DNA from: Flavobacteriaceae bacterium
Lineage (GTDB): Bacteria > Bacteroidota > Bacteroidia > Flavobacteriales > Flavobacteriaceae
Reading direction: 5' to 3'
DNA: 32,000 nucleotides
Assembly: GCA_965224465.1 (NCBI GenBank)
Contig: OZ245049.1
Coordinates: forward strand, 2,310,001 to 2,342,000
Shown: positions 25,414 through 32,000 of the stretch, one piece after another
How positions within the stretch are numbered: position 1 is the stretch's first letter
Layout of the letters: each line of letters begins with the position of its first letter
The notes under the pieces: generated by a model
The model's input: the letters and a program-made list of their open reading frames with translations, nothing else
What the model was told of the DNA's origin: nothing
Database searches by the model: none
Translations under genes and position numbers: made by a program

Positions 25414-25986
25414 CTATATTTTGGTCACCTTATTATTTTCTAGTTTGTAAGAATCAAGACTTTCTTTACAAACAGCCACGCCTTTATCATTAAAACACAA
25501 ACGATGTCCATACTCACTAACCCAACCAATTTGCTTTGAAGGGTTTCCAACAACTAAAGCAAACGGCTTAATCTCTTTTGTCACAACGGTTCCAGCTCCT
25601 ACAAAGGCATATTCTCCAATATTATTACCGCAAACAATCGTTGCATTTGCACCAATACTCGCTCCTTTTCTTACAATCGTTTTTTGATACTCATTTTTTC
25701 TATTAATGGCACTTCTAGGATTCATAACATTGGTAAACACCATTGACGGCCCTAAAAAAACATCATCCTCACAAATAACTCCCGTATAGATAGACACATT
25801 GTTTTGAACTTTTACATGATCACCTAAGACCACTTCTGGGGATATCACCACATTTTGTCCAATATTGCAATGCTTCCCTATTCTACAATTGGGCATAATA
25901 TGGCTAAAATGCCAAATTTTTGTTCCATCTCCAATACTACAATCGGCATCTATAACAGCCAACTCATGCGCAAAGTATCCTTTCAT
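25414..25986 (-). CDS. Hexapeptide-repeat (left-handed beta-helix) N-acetyltransferase, WlbB/WbpD-like
   Basis: IGDGTKIWHFSHIMPNCRIGKHCNIGQNVVI ... VKVQNNVSIYTGVICEDDVFLGPSMVFTNVMNPRSAINRKNEY..TIVRKGASIGANATIVCG..IGEYAFVGAGTVVTK ... ALVVGNPSKQIGWVS. This closely follows my memory of UDP-2-acetamido-3-amino-2,3-dideoxy-glucuronate N-acetyltransferases. Confidence 0.8.
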   Translation of the reverse strand: MKGYFAHELAVIDADCSIGDGTKIWHFSHIMPNCRIGKHCNIGQNVVISPEVVLGDHVKVQNNVSIYTGVICEDDVFLGPSMVFTNVMNPRSAINRKNEYQKTIVRKGASIGANATIVCGNNIGEYAFVGAGTVVTKEIKPFALVVGNPSKQIGWVSEYGHRLCFNDKGVAVCKESLDSYKLENNKVTKI

Positions 25987-25996
25987 AATTATTTAA

Positions 25997-26740
25997 TTAA
26001 TAGGTTGAATCTGCTGGTTTACCTGTTGCAATAGCCAATGCGGAAGATGTACCAATTCTATCCACTCCCATTTCGACCATTTTAACGGCATCTTCATAAC
26101 TTCGAACTCCTCCAGCTGCTTTTGCCTGTAATGGTTTTGAATTTTCTACTATAATAGCCATTCCTTCAAAAGTTGCACCTACTGGTTTCCCTTCTGGAGC
26201 TTTAAAAAACCCGGTAGAAGACTTTACAAACACAAAGGCTGCCTGCTCTTCACCAAAATTATCCAGTACAACATCTCGTATCAATTTAGAAATATCTGCA
26301 ATCTCCTGATCACTTAGGGCAGCAATCTCAATAATCCATTTACATACTTTGTGATGATCCAATGCTATTTTAGTTCCTTTAAAAACTTCTGCTTTTACTA
26401 GATTCACCTTTCCTTCTTTAAAAGCAGTGTAGTTAATCACAAAATCCAATTCATCTACACCTCTTTCAATAGCTAATAAAGCCTCCTTTAATTTCACTTC
26501 GGTAGCGGAAGTACCCTCATGAAAACCAATTACTGTTCCAACAACCGTACTACCCTTTGCTTCAGATATCATGTTTTTTGCTAGTTGGATATACTCCGAA
26601 CGAATCATGGCTAGCTTAAAATTATGTGCAATACACTCTTTCACCAAGCTAATGACATGTTGTTTGGTTTCTTCTTCTGAAATATTGGCTTGAGAAGCCA
26701 ATTTTAAATAGGTACTATCTAAATGTGATTCAATATTCAT
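25997..26740 (-). CDS. deoC: Deoxyribose-phosphate aldolase
   Basis: Evidence is LDSTYLK, VGTVIGFHEG, VDELDFVINY, the Schiff-base lysine context FVKSSTGF, KAAGGVRSYEDA, and the C-terminal RIGTSSA. Confidence 0.88.
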   Translation of the reverse strand: MNIESHLDSTYLKLASQANISEEETKQHVISLVKECIAHNFKLAMIRSEYIQLAKNMISEAKGSTVVGTVIGFHEGTSATEVKLKEALLAIERGVDELDFVINYTAFKEGKVNLVKAEVFKGTKIALDHHKVCKWIIEIAALSDQEIADISKLIRDVVLDNFGEEQAAFVFVKSSTGFFKAPEGKPVGATFEGMAIIVENSKPLQAKAAGGVRSYEDAVKMVEMGVDRIGTSSALAIATGKPADSTY

Positions 26741-26960
26741 TACTACATAAATTTATTTTACAAAAATAACAAATAATCGTCACTAATAGATCATTGATCT
26801 CATCGACTTATCAACGCTTTATAGTAATTACGGGTTCTACCTATATATTTTTCTGCAAATCAACAACCTCGTCAAAGGCTAAAGACTATTTTATTATAAG
26901 GCAGAGACTCAGAAAAATAAACCCCCAATAAGGGATAAAAGATGGTGAGAAGAATTAAAA

Positions 26961-27120
26961 ACTATTCCAATTACAATTCGAAACAACTGATATAGATAGT
27001 TTATTTTACGTACTAGCGTCCTTGAAATACAGAACAACAGCTAACCTATCTTTAGTTTTTTCGCCTACCAAAAACAAAAAATTATTCCATTTCGAAACCG
27101 TCACTTGAAAATGTATTTGA
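26961..27120 (+). repeat. Dispersed intergenic repeat, copy D
   Basis: ACTATTCCAATTACAATTCGAAACAACTGATATAGATAGTTTATTTTACGTACTAGCG...ACAGAACAACAGCTAACCTATC...TCGCCTACCAAAAACAAAAAATTATTCCATTTCGAAACCGTCACTT plus the tail GAAAATGTATTTGA, which is shared with copy C. Confidence 0.75.
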
Positions 27121-27194
27121 CAAAAGTTTCTCTTGGTGTTTTTATTTAGAACTTATATTAAAACATTTTTTTTACAACTTAGAGTACTAGGAAA

Positions 27195-27230
27195 TAAAAA
27201 AATCTCCACCAAAAAGAAGGCGGAGATTTT
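27195..27230 (-). terminator. Rho-independent terminator of TonB paralogue 1
   Basis: The minus strand reads ATCTCCGCC-TTCTTTTT-GGTGGAGAT (one G.U pair), followed by TTTTTTT. Confidence 0.7.
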
Positions 27231-27251
27231 AATTCGTTTATTACAGTATCA

Positions 27252-27980
27252 TTACTCTACTTTAAAAACGATAGGCAAAACATATTTTACTTTTACAGCC
27301 TTGCCTTGCATCTTACCAGGAATCATTTTCGGTAAAAATTTCAGCACCCGCATCGCTTCCTTTTCCAATGCAACATGTGGTGCTCTAGCTCTCATCTCAA
27401 CAATATCCCCATGTACATCAATTTTAAAAAGAACCGTAATTCGTTTTTTCCCTGGCGTCAAACCTAAATCCACCGCCAAATTTCCATTAAACTTTCTACT
27501 TACCAACTTTTGCACCTTCTTGGAAAAACAAGCTTTTTTCTCCTCGTTTGTCCCCGTACATCCAGGATACACAGGTACTTCTTCAACAGAAATAAAAGGA
27601 ACATCCTCTACAATATCCAATGGAAATTCTTCAACATTTACTAATTTCGACAAGACATCAACGGGAGATTCCGGGTCTACTTGTTTAAGAACAGACTCTA
27701 CAAAATCGTTCTGATCGTCTTCAATAACTGTTGGTTTGTCCATAATTACAACGGGCGCTACTTCGCTTACAATTGGCGGTTTTTCCACAGCTATTTCTAT
27801 GATTTGATCCGCATCGTCCAACATCTCATTGATAGAGATAACATTGCTTATCCCTGAATTCTGGGCTGTTTTATTTTCTAATCCAAGATAACTGACAAAT
27901 AACGCCAAGACAAGTCCGAGCTGTAAAAAAAGCATTGAAAATTTCTCTAAGTTTGCTTTTGGGTGTTTTTTAGAAATCAT
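27252..27980 (-). CDS. Energy transducer TonB-family protein (paralogue 1)
   Basis: It has an N-terminal anchor KANLEKFSMLFLQLGLVLALFVSY, a linker, then the C-terminal domain EEVPVYPGC...KKACFSKKVQKLVSRKFN...ITVLFKIDVHGDIV...RAPHVALEKEAMRVLKFLPKMIPGKMQGKAV.VKYVLPIVFKVE. Confidence 0.8.
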   Translation of the reverse strand: MISKKHPKANLEKFSMLFLQLGLVLALFVSYLGLENKTAQNSGISNVISINEMLDDADQIIEIAVEKPPIVSEVAPVVIMDKPTVIEDDQNDFVESVLKQVDPESPVDVLSKLVNVEEFPLDIVEDVPFISVEEVPVYPGCTGTNEEKKACFSKKVQKLVSRKFNGNLAVDLGLTPGKKRITVLFKIDVHGDIVEMRARAPHVALEKEAMRVLKFLPKMIPGKMQGKAVKVKYVLPIVFKVE

Positions 27981-28032
27981 AATAAAAGGTTTTAAAATGT
28001 TAAAATTAAGTTAAAACCAAAAAGTATGCCAC

Positions 28033-28067
28033 AAAAAAAATCCCAACCAAAATAAGGCTGGGATTTT
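28033..28067 (-). terminator. Rho-independent terminator of TonB paralogue 2
   Basis: The minus strand reads ATCCCAGCC-TTATTTT-GGTTGGGAT (one G.U pair), followed by TTTTTTTT. Confidence 0.7.
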
Positions 28068-28088
28068 CAATCGTATATTATATTATGA

Positions 28089-28811
28089 TTATTCTACTTT
28101 AAAAACAATAGGTAAACTATATTTTACACCTACTGCACGACCACGTTGTTTCCCTGGTATCATATCAGGTAATAATTTAATAACTCGTATAGCCTCGGCT
28201 TGCAATCTCTTATGTGGTGCACGAGCTCTTACATTTGTTATTTTACCATGTTTATCAATTTTAAACATCACGAAAATCTTTTTAATTCCTGGCGACAAAC
28301 CTAAATCTCCAGCCAAGTCTCCGTTAAATTTTCTTCTTACATGCTTATCAATTTTTTTAGACAAACAGGCTTTTAGTTCTTTTTTACTTCCTTTACATCC
28401 TGGATAGACAGGGACATCTTCAATAATTGCAAACGGAACATCTTCAATTACTTCTTCTTCTTCTTCTTCTTCTACGATATCTTCAACTACTACAGCTTCA
28501 GTTTCGTCAGTTTCGGTAGATTGAATTATGGTTTCTTCAACCTCTTTCTCATCTTCTACAACTTCGATTTTATCTGGTGCTGGTGGTGGTGGAGCTTTTT
28601 GTTGTTGTTGCTCTACGTGTTGTTTAATTTCAATAACTTGTTCATCTTCTTCTTGATTAAGCGTTGCTGGCCCTAAATCAGCAAATGTACGATCGTAAGT
28701 TTTACGTTCTATAGCTAAATAGGTAATAAATAATGCTAAAACCAAGCCTAATTGCATAAAAAGTTTACTGTAATTCTCCAAATTTGCCTTTGGACTTTTT
28801 TTAATCTCCAT
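28089..28811 (-). CDS. Energy transducer TonB-family protein (paralogue 2, Glu/Pro-rich linker)
   Basis: It is co-linear with 27252-27980: KANLENYSKLFMQLGLVLALFITY ... QQQQKAPPPPAPDK ... EEEEEEE ... EDVPVYPGC ... LPDMIPGKQRGRAVGVKYSLPIVFKVE. Confidence 0.8.
   Translation of the reverse strand: MEIKKSPKANLENYSKLFMQLGLVLALFITYLAIERKTYDRTFADLGPATLNQEEDEQVIEIKQHVEQQQQKAPPPPAPDKIEVVEDEKEVEETIIQSTETDETEAVVVEDIVEEEEEEEVIEDVPFAIIEDVPVYPGCKGSKKELKACLSKKIDKHVRRKFNGDLAGDLGLSPGIKKIFVMFKIDKHGKITNVRARAPHKRLQAEAIRVIKLLPDMIPGKQRGRAVGVKYSLPIVFKVE
28451..28472. repeat. (CTT)7 trinucleotide microsatellite inside the TonB paralogue 2 CDS
   Basis: CTTCTTCTTCTTCTTCTTCTTC encodes the Glu7 run of the linker on the minus strand. 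Confidence 0.9.
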
Positions 28812-28876
28812 CTGATAAAAATTTTATAGGTTGCTAATTTAATAATTTTAAAACGACTTTCACAAATTAATTGGCA

Positions 28877-29266
28877 TTATTGCTGTTTATTTTTCAAAAA
28901 AAGCTGAAACACCAAATATGCTAAAAACACTCCAATACTGTTGGCAATCATATCAAAAACATCAGCCTCGCGATAACTTGTAAAACCTCCTTGTAAAGCT
29001 TCAACAACCATACCAAAAGCTATAGTCAACAAGGCTACGACGTTTATAGAGAGCTGAATTCGACTACTTTTATAAGTGGCATAAAACCAACACAAAGCCA
29101 ACACAAAATAAGCCATTGCGTGCAATGACTTATCTGAAAATTTGACAGGAACGCTTTCTAATAATGAATTAATGGATGCTAAACTCGCCACTAAAATAGT
29201 GAGAGTACAAAGCACCGCAACAATCAATTCTTTAACCTTCAATAAGGTTTTTATAGCCTTCAGCAT
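28877..29266 (-). CDS. VanZ-family membrane protein
   Basis: It is 129 aa with four predicted TM segments. The DKSLHAMAYFVLA and D..AN.IGV pattern resembles VanZ-like proteins. The annotated ATG overlaps gcvH by 35 nt, so the true start may be further downstream. Confidence 0.6.
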   Translation of the reverse strand: MLKAIKTLLKVKELIVAVLCTLTILVASLASINSLLESVPVKFSDKSLHAMAYFVLALCWFYATYKSSRIQLSINVVALLTIAFGMVVEALQGGFTSYREADVFDMIANSIGVFLAYLVFQLFLKNKQQ

Positions 29267-29612
29267 CTAGTAAATCATCTATTTGAGCAAGTTCTGCTAT
29301 TTTAATTTTAATCATCCATCCGTCACCGAAAGCGTCTTTATTTACCATTTCTGGTGCATCTTCAAGCGCCTCGTTAAATTCAATAACCTCTCCAGTTAAT
29401 GGCATTAACAAGTCAGAAACTGTTTTAACGGCTTCTACCGATCCAAAAACTTCGTCTTTTTCTACGGAATCATCTAATGTATCAACATCTACATAAACAA
29501 TATCGCCCAATTCACCCTGTGCGAAATCGGTGATACCGACGGTAGCTATGTCTCCTTCAATTTTAATCCACTCGTGGTCTTTTGTAAACTTTAAGTCTGC
29601 AGGAATATTCAT
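29232..29612 (-). CDS. gcvH: Glycine cleavage system H protein
   Basis: LKFTKDHEWI ... VGITDFAQGELGDIVYVD ... SVEAVKTVSDLLMP (lipoyl-lysine motif ESVK) ... NKDAFGDGWMIKI. Confidence 0.95.
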   Translation of the reverse strand: MNIPADLKFTKDHEWIKIEGDIATVGITDFAQGELGDIVYVDVDTLDDSVEKDEVFGSVEAVKTVSDLLMPLTGEVIEFNEALEDAPEMVNKDAFGDGWMIKIKIAELAQIDDLLDAEGYKNLIEG

Positions 29613-29636
29613 ATTCTTTTATTTAGTATTTATAAT

Positions 29637-32000
29637 TTAATTTCCTAATATATATCGGATACTTAAACCAGAACTTACAGACTGCCTAGGGAAGGTTGTA
29701 GAAATGGCGTATCGTGATGAACTTTGATCAAAATAAAACGATGCTGTTAAACTTTTTGTCAATGCATAATCTGCAAAGAATTTAAACGCCATTAAACGTT
29801 GCCCTCCTGTGACTTGATCGTTATCTTCATCTATGGCACGTATCATGGTTACATTGTCTCTCAAAGAAAAATCGGCTCGTAAGTTCAAATCCCCTTTTAA
29901 TTTGGTTTTTTTCCCTCCAAAATTCACTTTCATTTTCACATCTTTAATTCTATACCCCAAACCTATTACAAATTCAGTTCCACTAATTTGTGTAATGGTA
30001 TTATTGTTAAAATTTAATGTCAAGCCTTTATCTTTGTTTATTTGACCGCTGAAAGATACGGAATTTTTCATTTTTAAACTCACTTTTAAAAGGGGAGAAA
30101 ACTCCTCTATTAAATTTACATTGGTATAAAGCCTTTTATTTTGATAATTCCCTATAATATCTTTCACCTCATACGGTTTTGTTGAATTATAGTTTAAATT
30201 ATTTGTGAAATTAGTAATAGAATAAAGCGAATTATAACTATGAGAGATCGAAAAACTTCTAAATCGTTTTTTAAACCACTTCATTTTCATAAATCCTTTA
30301 TAAGTCATTTTCCAACTAGGAATAGGAATATTTCTAAGAGGATTTATTTTAACATTTGCAGCATCTTGACCACTATAAGCAGCTAAAAAGGCTGGCAATG
30401 CTACCTGCTGACTTGTGTAACCAAAACCTGCGACAGATTGCCCAGATTCCGCAGACAAACGCTGTGCGATAATGGCTCTATTTCTTTTAAATGTTTCGAA
30501 AGTTTTATCTGTATTCTCGAATGATGTACGAAGCATATTAAAACCAATACTATAACTTCCAAACTCCGTAACAGGTGCTTTACTACTCCTTACTCCGTCG
30601 ATTACATCCAATTGTTGAGTAGTTCTACTTGTCAATAATTTATTGGCTGATAATTCTATCTTCAAATATTTAAAGGGCCTTATATCGATGCTGAAATCGA
30701 GTTTCTCCATATGTGTTTGCATATAAGTTTTATTGTAATAAGGATCGTCTTCTCCTCTAGAAATCAACCAACCATTTTCTATCGCTTTATTTCTAATATC
30801 AATTTGACTTCCAAAAACAAATCCAAAGCTAGGTGCTAAACCACCACTAAAATTATCACGTCCTAAAAACCCTACTTCTGGAATGTAGCCAGGCAATAAA
30901 GTTCCATTATTTTCCGAATAGCTCAATCTCGCCTTTTTAACAGAGGTAATCAAGTCATAAAAAGTTTGGCCTACTTTTGCTCCAATAGATTTTGCTTTAC
31001 TTTTTCCTTTTTTACCGTTTTTCCGAACAGGTTTTCGCTTGTTCAACAACTTGGTAAGTCCAACCGATTTATAAAACTTTTTAAAGTCCATATCTACATT
31101 AAAGGTATGCGTATTGGAATTTTGAATGGTATTTCCAATTTGGTTGACATAGGACTGCGATGCAGATTGCCAATCAAAATCAGCAGTATATGCGTAATCG
31201 GCTCGAATAAATTTAAACATTGGAATTTTATCCAAGGGCACTTTATAGGAAGCACTTAAAGATTGATGGTACTTATCTGGACGTCCTATTTCAAAGAAAT
31301 TATCAAACAACTCTACATCCTCTGTAGATCTAAAACTATCATATACATAATTATTTGCCGCTCTAAAGTTAAATTGTAATGACTTGGTAATATTATAGCC
31401 TATATTATAATCCCAATCAAACAAATAACGACGTTTTCTTAAGGTTGGTAATTGAGACAAACCGACAATTTCTACCAAATCTCTAGATTTTTGCTCATTA
31501 AAAGAGCGGACAATATTAGAATTCACAGCAAAGGTTGACGGCAGAAAATTGATATTAAAATCTTTTATTAGATCAAAATATTTACTCTTTTTTAAGAAAC
31601 TCCAGTCCTTAAAGGGTTCTAAAATTATTGGTTCAAAGGAGTAGTTATAATTTGCAGAAGCGCGCACCGACTTATCACTGAATTTTTCCACATTATAATC
31701 CTTGTGAAATGTTTCGTTATAAGCATAAGAAACCGACACGTTTTCTACGTTGTAAAATTTAGGTTTTTTACTGTTTTCTGCGGATCTATTCTTACGAACA
31801 TTTAAAAAACTAATACTACGACGCTTGGTATAATCTCTTGCTTTACTGCTATTCGGATTGATGTCTTTTGCATCTTCAAACAAGACATCTTGATATTGAG
31901 GATCAAACCTCGGATCACTCACCTCTTCTGACTGACTAACATTTAGAGGAAATTGTATCCCCCATCGTTTTGGAAGTAATTGTCCCAAATTCACATTTGC
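29637..32000 (-). CDS. sprA: Cell-surface protein SprA (T9SS translocon / gliding motility), C-terminal ~787 aa; 5' end outside the window
   Basis: The frame stays open to nt 32000 (..ANVNLGQLLPKRWGIQFPLNVSQSEE..). The sequence is long, beta-rich and Asn/Ser/Tyr-rich, ending ...SGLSIRYILGN, as in the giant SprA/Sov beta-barrels of Bacteroidota. Assignment is by sequence character and family memory. Confidence 0.72.
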   Translation of the reverse strand, partial: ANVNLGQLLPKRWGIQFPLNVSQSEEVSDPRFDPQYQDVLFEDAKDINPNSSKARDYTKRRSISFLNVRKNRSAENSKKPKFYNVENVSVSYAYNETFHKDYNVEKFSDKSVRASANYNYSFEPIILEPFKDWSFLKKSKYFDLIKDFNINFLPSTFAVNSNIVRSFNEQKSRDLVEIVGLSQLPTLRKRRYLFDWDYNIGYNITKSLQFNFRAANNYVYDSFRSTEDVELFDNFFEIGRPDKYHQSLSASYKVPLDKIPMFKFIRADYAYTADFDWQSASQSYVNQIGNTIQNSNTHTFNVDMDFKKFYKSVGLTKLLNKRKPVRKNGKKGKSKAKSIGAKVGQTFYDLITSVKKARLSYSENNGTLLPGYIPEVGFLGRDNFSGGLAPSFGFVFGSQIDIRNKAIENGWLISRGEDDPYYNKTYMQTHMEKLDFSIDIRPFKYLKIELSANKLLTSRTTQQLDVIDGVRSSKAPVTEFGSYSIGFNMLRTSFENTDKTFETFKRNRAIIAQRLSAESGQSVAGFGYTSQQVALPAFLAAYSGQDAANVKINPLRNIPIPSWKMTYKGFMKMKWFKKRFRSFSISHSYNSLYSITNFTNNLNYNSTKPYEVKDIIGNYQNKRLYTNVNLIEEFSPLLKVSLKMKNSVSFSGQINKDKGLTLNFNNNTITQISGTEFVIGLGYRIKDVKMKVNFGGKKTKLKGDLNLRADFSLRDNVTMIRAIDEDNDQVTGGQRLMAFKFFADYALTKSLTASFYFDQSSSRYAISTTFPRQSVSSGLSIRYILGN

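Noticed and set aside
27133-27714. 193-aa + strand ORF
   Set aside because: It lies entirely antisense to the well-supported TonB paralogue (27252-27980). It has a low-complexity Ser/Thr/Phe-rich translation and runs through the terminator hairpin. It is a shadow ORF.
29833-31259. + strand ORFs 29833-30045 and 30966-31259
   Set aside because: They are antisense to sprA.
1-32000. Search for a CRISPR array or cas genes
   Set aside because: I found no run of regularly spaced 25-50 nt direct repeats on either strand, and no Cas-like ORF. The only recurrent element is the ~160-nt dispersed repeat, whose copies are kilobases apart.

Overview
This is a low-GC chromosomal segment from a Flavobacteriia-type Bacteroidota genome. 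Lineage markers are the 3' end of sprA (T9SS translocon), TonB proteins with the PVYPGC motif, TTG-N17-19-TAnnTTTG promoters and a caa3-type oxidase accessory cluster. Most of the window is housekeeping: rplM-rpsI, rpsB-tsf, rsmG, an Asp-type aminotransferase, a PiT phosphate permease with a PhoU-like tail, dodecin, a DUF255 thioredoxin-domain protein, tsaB and a TolC-type channel. It continues with a minus-strand block cyoE, two subunit III genes, subunit IV, an SCO-like protein, SCO, DUF420 and a small CxxC peptide. Then come tRNA-Gly plus two tandem tRNA-Leu(UAA), deoC, a WlbB/WbpD-like hexapeptide acetyltransferase, two tandem TonB paralogues, vanZ, gcvH and sprA. Accessory DNA is limited to two places. 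One is a type II R-M pair at the left edge: a C5-methyltransferase truncated by the window and a MutH/MvaI-BcnI-like nuclease with an unexplained N-terminal domain. The other is an intact IS30-family element inserted 8 bp after the tRNA cluster, followed by about 0.9 kb of AT-rich ORF-free DNA. The strongest signal not explained by genes is a dispersed intergenic repeat of about 95-175 nt, present four times in the same orientation (2041-2217, 9515-9680, 24713-24806, 26961-27120). It could be an sRNA or a MITE-like family. Other points worth a second look are an RluA pseudouridine synthase fused to a ~360 aa N-terminal domain with a three-Cys cluster, an unannotated 59-aa CxxC ORF, and a cysteine-less SCO paralogue. 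I see no CRISPR array and no convincing multi-gene novel defence system inside the window. If one exists it would lie upstream of the R-M pair, beyond the left edge.
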